A DNA stretch of 64,000 bases from Eledone cirrhosa (taxonomy: Eukaryota), in the NCBI GenBank assembly GCA_964016885.1, contig OZ024742.1, positions 59,520,001-59,584,000 of the forward strand, read 5' to 3'. The translations under genes and the position numbers were made by a program. Position 1 is the first letter of the stretch; every line of letters starts with the position of its first letter. The notes beneath the pieces were generated by a model. It did no database searches. It was not told the DNA's origin and was given only the letters and a program-made list of their open reading frames with translations. Positions 40,146-53,589 of this stretch are shown here, one piece after another.

Positions 40146-40150
<5 letters not shown>
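38561..40150. repeat. 530-bp head-to-tail repeat (~2.2 copies) plus ~410-bp inverted copy, HHR-containing
   Basis: Period 530 (38761 = 39291); inversion starts at 39739; (TA)n tracts with interspersed CG on both flanks. Confidence 0.93.
38806..38870 (-). ncRNA. Hammerhead in the 530-bp unit (also 39336-39400 minus, 39776-39840 plus)
   Basis: gttta-CTGAGGA-gag cag tgg...cca t ctc-GAAAC-at-GTT-tggat; canonical core, stem I relies on G-U pairs. Confidence 0.72.
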
Positions 40151-40236
<86 letters not shown>

Positions 40237-40268
40237 ACGTATATATATATACGTATATATATATATAC

Positions 40269-40300
<32 letters not shown>

Positions 40301-40475
40301 GTATATATATATATATATATACGTATATATATATATATTTATATATAAATATATATATATATATATACGTATATATATATATATTTATATATAAATATAT
40401 ATATATATATACGTATATATATATATATATATATAGGTATATATATATATATATACGTATATATATATATATATT

Positions 40476-40509
<34 letters not shown>

Positions 40510-40522
40510 CGTATATATATAC

Positions 40523-40570
<48 letters not shown>

Positions 40571-40721
40571 GTATATATATATATATAATGGAAAAATTTG
40601 AACAGGAACAAAACAGAGAGGCAGTACAACGAATGTTTATTAATTTCATGCTCTGGAGAGTGGGGTGGTGGTGGGGAACTAATATATATATATACGTATA
40701 TATATATATATTTATATATAA

Positions 40722-40788
<67 letters not shown>

Positions 40789-40802
40789 AAAATGATTGAG
40801 CC

Positions 40803-40866
40803 CGACGGCTATTTCTGGACTCGTCCAGAAATAGCCGTCGATACGGCTTGATCTCTGCCGTCGGAG
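40803..40866 (+). ncRNA. Perfect 18-bp hairpin followed by decayed HHR 3' half
   Basis: CGACGGCTATTTCTGGAC-tc-GTCCAGAAATAGCCGTCG then G-ATAC-ggc..gcc-GTC. Confidence 0.5.
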
Positions 40867-41214
40867 TCAAACAGTTTCGTTTTACCCACTCTACTACCCT
40901 AAATATTGAGTACTCTGGTGCGTTTTGGTCCATATGGTTCCTTACTACACTTAATTCGTTATATATATATATACACACTCCATTTCTCAGAAAATGTTTC
41001 CGTTCCTCCCTCTTCTCCCTATGTGTTGTTCTATTTCTCATAGAAGAACGTTTATTTCTCATCCTATCTTCTGCTGAAGCTCTAGTGTCCGAAACATTAA
41101 GTCTCTTTTCCCCCTATTTCAAGCAGCGTTAAAGAAGTTTATTTCGTCATTGTAAAGTGTCGTTTGCTTTGTTATTTCTGTTTATTTTTGGCATACACAC
41201 ACTCATATACGGGT

Positions 41215-41525
41215 AAGGGATAAAGACCCCCTACGGTCTGAATGACCTTGAGATTGCACCTAGACATTTTCCCACCGAGGCACAAGTCCGGTCAAGGTTG
41301 TTTGTGGAAGACCAGCAGTCACCCATGCATACCAGCCTCCCATCTTCATGCCACAGGTGATATCCGATAGAGCTTGGCACTAGTGACGTCGCAACTCATT
41401 TCTACAGCTGAGTAAACTGGAGCAACGTGAAATAAAGTGTCACTCAAGGACGCAACGCATCACCCAGTCTGAGAATCGAATTCACAACCTCACGATTGCA
41501 AGCCCAACGCTCTAACCACTAAGCG
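41215..41525 (-). mobile_element. SINE family B, near full length
   Basis: Minus strand CTTAGTGGTTAGAGCG (A box), GAATTCGATTCTC (B box), CORE-like CCTTGAG..CACTTTATTTCACGTTGCTCCAG. Confidence 0.8.
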
Positions 41526-43299
41526 AATAAAAATGTTCAACGAGGCGAATGAATCCTGTGCAGAAACCTTTGTGTATGGCAATTACACGTTTACATACAT
41601 TTCAAAATATTTAGATCAGAAAATGTCCGTGGTGCATCTCGTAGCGTTTGTCCTGCACATTTCTGTTTTAACAACCGGTATGTTTATGTTCACACACACA
41701 GACACACGCACGCACACACACACACACATGCACAGACACAGACAACACACACACACACATACACGCACGCACACACACACACACGGGCGCACATAGAGAT
41801 TACATAGTTGTATGACAGGACCTAGACCGAATATTTCTTAGAGGTCCTTATTTATTTATTTATGGTAGCAAATTATTAATTTAGACCCCTTGAAAATTAT
41901 CTGGCTCCTGGCTGTAGAAACTGACGTATCCCTCTTAATCCGTTACTGCATTAGAATGGAGTTTTGTGACTTTGAATATGTATTATTAAGGTCTAGTAAC
42001 GGCAGTTATATGCGTATACAGTTTTAAAGTTATAGAGAATTCTAATTGTCAATAATGTTGTTTCCAGATATGATTTTACAGTGTAAATTCCATAAACTGT
42101 TTATAAATAATTCCTGCCATAACCATTGTTATTTTCAAATAATAAGGAAAGGTTTTGCATACAAACTGTATTTTATTTTACGAAACTAATTCGGTTTCGA
42201 AGACGCTGTTAGAATATTTTTCCCGGTAATTATCAATGTATAGAAAAATTGAATTAGATAATATTAGCCTACAGTCGTATACCTTAGTATTCACAAGGGA
42301 AACAGCATGGAATATACGAGGTATATTTTAATTGAATAAATAGGTTCGCTGTAGTGTCACTGAAAATGAATCTATGAGGATAAACAATGTATTACATGAA
42401 TGGAATATACATTAAAATAAAGAGCATAGTTTTCAAATTTCAATAATATAGGTAAACACAAAAAATATTGAAATAACATGTTTGATGCAATTAAAACTTT
42501 TACGAAGATGTAACTTAAGGTATGACCTGTTGCAATATAAATAAATTCGAACACAGTACTGACGACATGGGTACGTTTCTTACGTAGTTTTCAATAACTA
42601 GGTTTTGAACATACTTGGCTGGAAGTTTAGTTTTAAATTCCAAATAGTTGTGAAGCGATTAATGCACTATTGCACAAGAATGCGTATAGCAACGTAAGGG
42701 AAAACCCAACTCCAAAATCCTATCATTCTTTACCTGAGTATCTCAACGTCCCGATAACCTGACCCTATCCTTCCTTCAAATATTGGCGTACATATGTTGT
42801 TTTTATATAAGAATCTTGAAGATACGGTGTTTTTATGAATAACGTTTGGGTGTTAGGAAACTAGTTGACGAGGAAAAATCCTTTTCTGCACATTTTTAAT
42901 TTACACACAAACATACATTTACTCATCTATTCTATGAAATGGTATTAATCTGAACACGCGATGTGTGTGTGTGAGTGTGTTTATTCATTGAAATGTTTCA
43001 GATTTTACTGATAGACAATGTAAGACAGTCTAAGACATAAGGTATCTTACTTAGAAAGTGAAATGTGTATCGATATTCTGCGTGGAACACTTAAACTCAG
43101 GTGTTTTTCCGGATTGCAGATTTCAGCTAGTCCATGTCATCCTCTCAGGGCTATCTATATGAATAAGACTTACACCGTCGAATTCTTGAAAGTCAGCAGT
43201 TAATGCTGACGTCACGTTTTATAAAGATTTGTGGATATTTAGGTAGTGGACGTAAATCACATACATATGCATATACATATAATTGTTTCAACATTTGAT

Positions 43300-43480
43300 T
43301 CATGGCCAGCAATTTGAAATCGACCACAGTGCGTTACTGGTACTTTATTTTATCAAGCATGTAACGACGAGAGGAAAAGTTAACATCGGATGACTTGAAC
43401 CCAGAACGTAAAGGGGTGTAATTATTTGCCGCAAAACATATTGTCCGACGCTCACAAGATTTTGCCAAGACACCACTCTT
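43300..43480 (-). mobile_element. SINE family A
   Basis: ACTGGTACTTTATTTTATC...GACTTGAACCCAGAACGTAAAG...GTCCGACGCTC..GATTTTGCCA. Confidence 0.7.
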
Positions 43481-44469
43481 GTATATACAAATAATGTTGC
43501 CCGACGCTCTACCGACACTGACAATCGACCGCCTATAATTAATGGTTTCTAATTTAGGCAGAGGGCCGTAACTATATACCGCGATGCAAGTTGTACGAAG
43601 CTCGATCAATACCGCCAATCACCTGCCCTCTTGTATATACAAATAAGGGTTTCTGATTTCTCTTTGGGGGAGAAATCAATTAAATCGACCAGAGAGCGTT
43701 ACTGGTTCTTTATTTCATCGACCGGTAAGTATGAAAAGCAAAGCTAACCACAACGCACGTGGAAAGTGGAATGGGTATAACGTTATCTACAAATCGGTGG
43801 TCTGGTTTAATTGCATGCAGCAGAATGAACTGCACTAAAAGCACGGCGCTGTAGCGTTATTTGAACTCAAAACATTAGATTTCCACGTGGACATTTTAAA
43901 TTCAAAATCGGCTTCAGCCACGTCATTTTTTAATCATTGCTTTGGCTTTACAATATTCATCATTCCTATATTGTGAAGGAATTTATTGTTTTACACATTT
44001 GTGGAATTATAATATAAGAAATATTTTATCGGGCATTTCATGACGAATTTTATATTTTCGTTCACTCTTCAAGTTGTATAATATCTGTTCAAGCTTATGT
44101 GTGCAATTTTAAAAGGTTTCTCATATTTTAATGACTTGTTAAGCTTCCTTTTGCTAATTCATATCTACCAAATCCAGCTTTAAACAGAGTTTACATACAA
44201 TACATCACCAATAGTGTACATAATAAACGTCGCAATAGAGACATCGCAAATTTTAGACATACTATTCTTAAAGAAAAATAAAGAAACAGAATTCTATTGC
44301 CCATATAGAATAATCTCTCAGCTAGTGGTTCCTGGGCATCATTTACTAACATATGCTATGAAATATTATTAATCTGAACACGTGATATACGCAGCAATTA
44401 AGAAATTGATAAGAACAGGAATTTTTGCTCTGCTAACAATGAATGAAGTGATTTAAGTAGCAGTAATGG

Positions 44470-44600
44470 GGACCATTTGGCACAGTCGGTGGAGGAATGC
44501 CGTGCGGTATTTATCCAGCTCCCAGCGTTCTGCTTTTAGATTCCGCCGAGCTTAGCTTTAGCTTTTATCATTCAGGGGTCGTTAAATAAAGTATCAGTGA
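44470..44600 (+). mobile_element. SINE family A
   Basis: TGCCGTGCGGTATTT..TTCCGCCGAG..CATTCAGGGGTCGTTAAATAAAGTATCAGT. Confidence 0.65.
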
Positions 44601-45534
44601 ACTCTCAGAATCATTAAAACGTTTGGCGTATTTGTTCTAGCTCTTCACGTTCTTAGTTCAAACCACACCATAACCTATATAAGATGCTAACAAACCCTCC
44701 TCCGTTTTACTCGCACCACTTGACCGGTGGGTCACTTTAGTGAAGACCACTGTATTTCAAGCAATCGTGATTTATCCCCTGTTTGAGAATAACTTCTTAT
44801 CTACCCCTCATCTTTCTTGCAGCACCTGAAAGGAACCTCATCTTCCTAATGCAATGAAAAATAAACGATAAAATAAAATCAAATAAAAATATTGTCTGCT
44901 TTGAAAGTATCTACTATAGCTGAATAGAGAAGCTGTAAGGACGATGTGATAATAAAACTGTAAAACAGAAAGGAACCTACTATGCAAATACATATGTATA
45001 ATTAATAAAACAACCTGAAATCTAAGAATTTGAGAAAATTAGCAATGCTTGATGGTCTGGATTAACAAAACCGAGTCAAATTTCGTGAAACTAGAAATAA
45101 TCCTCAGCCTCTGGAAATATATATACATTTCGGGAAGAGCCATTTCTCAAAGATAAAATGAACATAATGATTCCGGCAGTGTACTTGCTTTGGGTGATGT
45201 TGCAGTTGTTTCCAGCTTCGCTCTTATTGTATGAATGTTGGTATTTCTGGCAGAGTCATTTATCTGAGAGGAAATAATATTTAATATTTCCGTTAGGGTT
45301 ATTACTCCGAGAAGAAACTAATGTTGATATTTCGGAAAGGATCACTGTTGTGATAGGAAATGAAAGTTGCTGTTTCGTTTAGACACATTATACAGATAGG
45401 AAATGATTATATTTGTTTATTATTCAAAGAATCATTGAGAATACAACCAATGTCTGTAAAATCGATAGAAAACCATAAATTTGTCGAGGGAAGATAGATA
45501 TTATATTCATTTCAGCTTAATATATTATCGGTGA

Positions 45535-46460
45535 ATGTGAATGAATGAATAGCGGATTCTTCGCTTGCGAAGATCAGTGGAAAGACTCATTGTCTTCTTT
45601 CATGCGGTGGCACACCCTGAGGTTGCTGTAAAGGCCTATCCTGGACCTGCAGGCTCTGGTTGAGTTGGGGTTAGTGTACATTTGATCAGTTGCTGGTTGG
45701 GTCGCGGACAGCTTTCTTCTTTGATTTTTGTTTTCAACCGCCGCCTTCCTGCCCTTCTCAAATCTGGCTGCAGCTGTTTTGATGGTCGCTCTCCATTTCT
45801 CTCTGTCCTCTGCCAGGTATTCCCATTCCCTATGATCAATATTCCTCCAGTTTACTCAGCTGTAGAAATGAGATGATATGACTGGGGTCCCTATCATTAA
45901 ATTACCTCCAACAAGATATACCTTGGAGGAGGCAAACTAAACCTGCATAGGTGTGAGCTGTCACACACAATATTGCCTTAGATCAGCTGGCGCTTCAGTT
46001 GGTCCTTGAAGCGTTTTCAGGGGCCCCCTTGGTTTCGATTGCCTTGACGTAGTTCACCGTAGAAAACTGCCATCTTAGAGTCGTTCATGCACGAAACATG
46101 ACTTGCCCAGCGAAGCTGTCTCAGCATCAGCATGCTCTCAATTCTTGTGATATCGGCCCTCTTGAGAACTTCCTCATTTGTGACATAGTCCTGCCAACGG
46201 ATGCCCATGATGGAGCGAAAGCATAGCTAATTGAACCTTTCCAGTAACTTGATTTGCATCCGGTACAGGACCCAGCTTTCAGCTCCGTAGAGGAGGGTAG
46301 TGACTACAACAGCTTTGTAGAGTGTAATCTTTGTGGTGAGGCATAGAGAGGGGTTCTGCCACATACGTTTTTGCAAGCGTCCGAATGAGCAGCTGGCCTT
46401 GGCAATGCGGTTGTCAATATCCTTTGCTGAGGTAGCGTCGTTGGTAATGGCATATAACCT
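45535..46460 (-). mobile_element. RTE-clade LINE 3' fragment (with unrelated insert ~45830-45985)
   Basis: MGIRWQDYVTNEEVLKRA, QLRWASHV, FYGELRQG, KRFKDQLK, RACRSRIGLYSNLRVC; 3' hairpin CTTCGCAAGCGAAG and (ATTC)n tail. Confidence 0.88.
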
Positions 46461-47049
46461 GTATTACAGATCCCAACTCACCTTCTGTCGTGTCACAAAT
46501 TTGCCTAAATCTTTCTCGTGGTTTGTATCGATACAGCAACTGTTTGGTACTTAGAAAAACTCGCCATTCTACAACCTCCTCTCAAAATGCTTATAAAATT
46601 TGACTAAAAGAAAGATTCCCACTTAAAGTCAGTAAATCTACATGCATTTTGTCAATGAATACCGGATCGGCTTTCTGAAAACAATGGTAAAAAAACAGAG
46701 ACGTAGCAACGAGATGGATATGCGGAGATTCACCCTGGGCGCACAATTCTCATTGAATCTTACTTATTTTAATACTCTCACCATTCCTGTCCTTTGTCCT
46801 TTCTCATTCTTTCGCCCCTTCCGTACTTATATATATTTTATCTTTTTCTATTCAGAATTTGGGAAGCAGCGAATGGAAAGCTTTACACAAAAAAGTAAAC
46901 TCGTTATAAACGTTGACGTTCAGAGAGGAAACAAACGATATGATATTGGCCTCTGAATGTGATGCACCTTTAGAAAATAGTGATAATTGCAACCAAACAG
47001 GATACATTTCCATTATGCATCAGGTTTGGGAATTTTGTATATTCTTAGC

Positions 47050-47290
47050 GTGGAGGCGCATAACTTAGGGCTTAGGTTTTTGAACCCACGATCATATGAC
47101 TTTGGTTTCGATTACCACAGCGGGTGACGCTTCGTGATTTTGATCAAACCACTTCATTTCCAGGCTGCTCCCTATTCATTCAGCTGAAAATGAGTATTAG
47201 TGGCAGCTAGGAAATTAGCCCTGCATTGAACTAGCGTCAGGTGCAGGAGCATTTTTGTACTCAATCAGAGAATCTCTTGGCTTTGTTCAA
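47050..47290 (+). mobile_element. Diverged SINE family B
   Basis: GGAGGCGCATAACTTAG head, GTTTCGATT B-box-like, CACTTCATTTCCAGGCTGCTCC..CAGCTG core. Confidence 0.6.
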
Positions 47291-48599
47291 GCCTTGCAAA
47301 CACACCACACAAACATACAGACGTAAAACGAGAACTAACTGAAACTCATACATCCTCAATATGTCCAGATTTTATTGACATATATGTCACGGTCTTTTAA
47401 TAAAACAGATCTGAAAATATTTACGCACAAATGTCATTTATGATGGACTGAAGTATCTCTGTAAACCCAACATGATTCCTAGTTTAAATAACAGACATAA
47501 CTGCATTTCTCGGTAGTACTATCTCAATTCACTCAAATATTTGCTTCTATGCAGCAATCTTGTCATTTCTACATATAAATATCGATTTCGTAAACATAGT
47601 AGGTCAATAGTCACATAATGGTCATCGTATGTTTACATCCGGTCGGTCACTCAACAGACCAAACTGGCATGTTTAGTTTTCTATCGGTATGATTCTGTTT
47701 ATTTATGCTATTTCGATATACTGAAATACAACAGTCGAACATAAAGCAAAATATTCACAAATATTATGGCTATTGATTTTCTTTTTATGTACTTCCCATC
47801 TTTCAAATTCGGCATCATATCACATATTCTGTATTATAAGAAAAACTGGTAATATTGAAGTTTAAATGAAAGGCGAAACTACTATAAATAGTATTATATC
47901 GAAACAATCTGTAAATTAATTTAAGATACCCGAAAATATTATACCGTTATTAAAAATGCATATTCTCTGAGATAAGAAATACAATCCAATTTCGTGGAAC
48001 TATTTTGAGGTAGACTTCGTTTTTATAAAATCATTTAGTAACGTAAAATAAGTGAAATTATAACGAACTGTTGATAATGTTAAGGCGTCAAAAATCGATT
48101 CTTAATGTTATAGTGTTTTGTGTTCATTTAAAACAATCATGACCAAACAATTTTGACGAAGCACGTTCTATCTGGTGTTCAACCTACACCATAAGATAGC
48201 ATGCCTGCCCAAGAGCAAAAGCATTACAATCGCTTTCAACCCGTAATTTCTGTTTTTGTCATTGTGTTTCGTCAAAATTAGCGTTGGTATGTTTGGGTGA
48301 GAGCCAGCTATTTCTATCGTGTCCCGTAAATATATAGAGAGCCATTTCTTTCTTCACCCATCTCGCAATCACCAATATATATTTATTAAGTCTACTTAAG
48401 GGAGGAGGCAATATTTAACATACTGAAAATGGATATATTTTCAGGTGACTTTTAAATATGAGTCTTATAAATATGTGCTCAAACTGAATTTGAAATTCTT
48501 AGTTTCTAACTTTGGAAAATAGCCATACATGTATTTCTAAATTTTCGTTGAAAATGGAATCTGCAATTGTAGGTGTGAAATAATCGTTGCTAGGCTACA

Positions 48600-50250
48600 T
48601 GACATACCACCATGCTGCAAGTGTGATGTAGTTAGGTTCTACCATAAATCTTGTGTGTTTGGAATTAAGAAACAATACTAATCAACTCATTAATTATAAC
48701 AACCGATATTGGAAGAATTATTCCGTCTTGATGAGGAATTCTTTGCAAGTAGAGAAAATATTGAATGGATAGCATATATATCATTTCGTTGCCGAAACAA
48801 CATTGCGTGTCCAACAGCATTTGATTAAAAGTCACATACATTTTGAGTTTGAAAGTTTCTCATGTTTCTTAAAAGTTGCCCAGCCTAAGCCTATTCTGTG
48901 ACGAACTGTAACAGAGCTTGATAGTCTATGGCCTTGATAGACAAATTCTGAAACTTGTATGAGTTTATCATATCTTGTAAGGTTTAGAGGTTGACAAACA
49001 TCTAGTTTTGGAGACGTTTACATAAAACCTAATTTCTGTTGCGTGTCTGGGTACAGCATCAAAATATTTTCGGAGATCTCAACTACAGCTCTTTACCGCA
49101 GCTTTGTCATCGATATAGTAATATTTGACAGTAGTTGACCACCGATAGAGAAACCCGAGTTGTGCTCTGTTTCTGTTTTCCAAATTATTAATGCTATGAC
49201 AATACTGAAGAGTAAAGCTTAAGGGATGTCATATTGTTTCACACCTTTGAGGATTTTGATATACTTGGAGATACCAATGTCTGTTCTTATTGCTACTGTA
49301 GATTTATCATGTTTGCTTTAGGAGATTTATGTATCTCTTGTTGAGGCATGTGTTATCAAGCAGTTTCCAGAGACTACGAAGTTTCACACTATGAAAAGCT
49401 TTCGTGAAATCCATGAAGGCTATATACGTTGGGTTGTTAAATTCTATTGAAGTTTCAAAAATTTGCTTTAATGCAATTATTTGTTCAGCATTACCTCTAC
49501 CAGGTTTATATGCTACTTAAGATGGAGGAAGAGGTGCAAAGAGATCATCTTTAACACGTAAAGTAATTATGCTAATAAATAGTTTATAAACATGATTTGG
49601 GGCGTTGATTTGATGGTAATTGCCACAATCCGGTCGACTATTCTTTTTGAAGATAACCACTTTAAGCACTTCTTTAAAAGCTTAAAGTATTGAGCTTGGG
49701 ATTAGTATTCGATTTAAATAATTGAATAAGGCATTCATTAAGGTTTCTCCATCAGCTATGAGAGTAGATGTTATCTAATCCTGGAATCATACTGATTTTC
49801 AAGTTTTTAATTGCATATTCCACCCCTGGTTTTAGAGTAGATGGAATGGGATCATATAATGTATCATCAATTGTAGTTGCAAGAGAGTAATCAAAGTAGA
49901 GTTCTTCATAAAATTAGGCCCAACCTTCTAAGATATCATCTTTGCTGGTCAATAAATTGTCATCATGGTCTTTTATACCCCAGCTTTTATTCTACTGTTT
50001 TGCTTTTAACTCTTTCGAAGCAGTATAATCGGGCTTGTGGGGTGGTTGAGTGCTAAGGGAGATGACATGCTGCTCTCTCTGATTTAAGCTGTCTTTTCTC
50101 ACCAACTGTGACTACGGGGTACTGCGTTGATGTTGATCCGTTCTCACTCCTGATTTTGTTTGACTGTAATAGCTGTTTGGTTTTCCTGGGACACCAATGT
50201 AGAGTATGTGAGATCATTAGAGATAAGACGTTTCACTATTTCATTTTGAA
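48600..50250 (-). mobile_element. Old, heavily decayed LINE (RTE-like) RT region
   Basis: Manual minus-strand translation: YIAFMDFTKAFHSV (~49425-49385), KGVKQYDIP*ALLFSIV (~49250-49200), GFSIGGQLLSN..IDD (~49155-49105). Outer boundaries are uncertain. Confidence 0.75.
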
Positions 50251-53221
50251 TTGCTGCTGATATGTCTTGATATATTTTCTGGTTGCAACTGTTCTGACTA
50301 ACGAGAAAATTTCATTCGTTGTTAAAAAAGTTCGTTTTGCAAGGTTCTTGGCTTACATTTAACCCTGAAAATATTTATTTCTCCAAAGTCACTCATATAT
50401 ATAATCCTAGATATACCATCTGTACATACATGCTGAACATTTATATAATTATATACTATTCTTTCTTCTAGGTGTCAGTAAACAACAGAAATTATAACGT
50501 TATCTTACGCGCCCACTTAATTCATCAAAACGCAAATTTCTTCGTTAGTATTATTGTTCATATATCCGGTTCTCCTGCTATATATGACATACTAATCCTT
50601 GACGCCAAAAATTAAATATGTTCAAAGCTATGACTGTCATTGTTGACGACATGGATCCATTACTCTAATATATCATGAAGGAGAAAAATATATTAAGTTA
50701 ATTGTAATATAGTATGCATTTTGCAGTGCCACACAATCGTATTATGTTATATAGTATATTAATCACAAACATTATTTATTATATTGCTGAATCATCCATC
50801 TTACTAGCAACAATATCATACAAATATAAAAATGTAATATAGCCACAGCTACAATGTTGTTTGCTGAAGTCATTATTCTGTGGATCATTAACGTTTTATT
50901 CAGACAGGTATGTATATGTCTACAGCGTAATTAGCATTTAGAAACAATCTGATTATTGATTGTCAGAGAAGAAGTAGCAGTGGTATTGAGTTAAAGATAT
51001 TAAAATTGGTTACTTAATCATAATAATCGAGATAAAAAGGAAAATAAAAATATTAGGGATATATTTACAATTAGGTGTCAATATATTGGATATATTTAAG
51101 TGAGAAGAAATAAACTCTATCTCTAAAAACGAGAATGAAAGGAAAGTATACTTACATGAATTATTCTTACTAGTAACGTACTTCGCTCATTCCGTTCTAC
51201 CAATTTAAAAATGATTTATTCAAATCTAATGACGGATAGCAGCATAACTATTTGATCAGGGGTGATGATCTGAGGAAAATAAATATCTTCAATCCAGAGG
51301 CTGGTTCGAACGCTTGTAACCGATCCTTTTTCTGTAACTGGGGATATCCAATGTTAGATATTCTAGTGACGGATATCTACATGAAGCTTAACCTAACTGT
51401 GAATCTTCTAAGTCTAAAGCCTATCTCAAGCCTTGGAAGAGGTTGCCTGTTGTGTTCAATGATTTATGATGGACTGATATATATATGTAAACGCAACATA
51501 GTTTCTAGTTTTGAAATGAAGCGTTTTGCCCAAGAACACAACACCCAACCTGGTTCAGGGATCAGATCCACGATATTATGAATCTTTAGATCTGGATAAA
51601 CCGAGATTGAAAAACGACTATAATTTTAATGAGTATTCGTAGAAACGGGTTGTCGTACGTGGTTGCTGAAATCGCCAAATATGTCACAAACTATCTTTAG
51701 AAAAGAACATATTTGATAAGGTAGTTTGAGGTAAACATTTAATGGAAAAATATACAAAACTGGAATCAATAACCAGAACCATAGCTGTCAGTCACAACAA
51801 CAATCCAAATATAGTTGACGCTTTCAGTCAATACTTATGTTTCGCGATGACGTTATCTTCGTATTTTGATATATTATACATGGTGATCTGTAAACAGAAC
51901 TGTAAAAGAATCATATTAATATATGCATGAACCAAATAGAGGATAGAGAATGGCGTTTAGATCAGGAAAATATAAAAATGTTTTAGTGAATGGAAGTCAA
52001 ATATATTGTCTGTGGTTGGTTTGGTAGAAACGACAGAGCGTCGGATTAAATACGTTTTATTTAGTTACTACGACTGTTTACGTTCTAAGTCCAAACCCAT
52101 CGTGGTGAACTGTATTAGTACTAGTACCAATCAAATATTGGTAGTCAATATGATGGATTAAAAGACTCAAATTAAGTGGAGAGATCAAGAACTTCGTTTT
52201 ATCGAATCCGAAGGAATAAACCCAAATTTGACTGATACATTAAATCCTTTAAATTGAGTTCGATTCGTGTCGGAGGCTTGACCATCTCAATCAATGCCAC
52301 TATTGTATTGACTTTCCTAATATTTAAAATATAAGTTATTGGTGAGCCTAATTACTGGTCACCCTCTTGCGTTTATACAGTTTGAGAATCGAGTTAAGTA
52401 GTAGAGCGCAATACACTTTTAAAATTTCTTAAAATAAAAAGATATTTGCTGTCGTATAATAGTAATAAAAATTAATGATATTGAAGGTTTGGTCATACCT
52501 CTCCCTAAAACTATTTTATTTGCTTTATGTATCTGTTCCTGAGAAATTCAATTTTTTTTTAAATGCTTTATTCACAGTAACACATATGGAAAATTCATTA
52601 ACATACACACACAACTGACATTAAAATTTAATGTGGCTGAGATACACCTACCCATCATACTATATTTAAGTGTATATTTCGAATTTTTTACTTTGTATAA
52701 AAACAATTTAAAAAAGGTAAAACGTCTATGGGAGTTTGGTGGACGTGCATGTGCAAACCTCATGTACGATGCCATATATTAGCAAGTGACATCGATGCAG
52801 AAAATGAAAGGTTACTTCTAATCGAGTTATGTTCCAGCAAACTACGTCTTGTAATGAAATTCTTTACGCATTTAATAGTCTGGACGAAATCGGTGCAGCT
52901 ATTTATTTTCATATTCGTGTGTGAATATGTTTTAATATTCATGTATATATATGTCAACTTTTTTCTATTACCAATATAATTTATACTTGATAAAAACGAA
53001 TGTAAATAAAACAAACTGTTCAATAGAAAATTAAGTGTTGTAAGTGTTAGAACGTAATAAAAAATAATTTAATAAAAAATATATCTCATATTTTTTTAGT
53101 TTAAAATATTTTATTAATATCCAACGTTTGAAAATATAATTAAACATTTTCCACACATTACGCAAGATAAACTAATTTTACCATTTTATATATCATAAAT
53201 AACATAATTTATATATGCAGC

Positions 53222-53360
53222 AAATTGGCAGAGTCGTTGGTAATAGTGTTTTGCGTTATTTGTTTCGGCCGTCTACACTTTCCGATTTCAAATCCTGTCT
53301 AGGTCAACATTGCCTTTTCTCCATTTGAGGTCGAGAAAAAAGCGTGTCAGTAATGGGATC
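53222..53360 (+). mobile_element. SINE family A
   Basis: TTGGCAGAGTCGTTGG...GATTTCAAATCCTG..AGGTCAACATTGCCTTT. Confidence 0.7.
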
Positions 53361-53589
53361 GATTCATACTCTCTTCCATTCTATGAAAGACATGCGTCGT
53401 GTTCTGACAGACTTAAAGCGCGTCTACAATCCAATCAAGAGTTATGGGTTCCTACATTCTTTTATTTGTTTTACTTGTTCATCTGTGGCTAATCCCTACC
53501 TTGATTTAATCGATTATATCTACACCTGTGCTTATTGTTTCTAGATTGGTATTAATTTATCGATATTTTTTGTCGATCTGCTAGGTTAT

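Noticed and set aside
41068-41101. Plus-strand minimal HHR-like motif (CTGCTGA..GAAAC ATT)
   Set aside because: Core and stems II/III are mismatched; probably a dead PLE relic and not supportable as a ribozyme.
50472-50907. Coding exon between acceptor TTCTTTCTTCTAG and donor CAG|GTATGT
   Set aside because: The frames I read contain stops, the ORF track shows no long ORF here, and no protein is recognisable.
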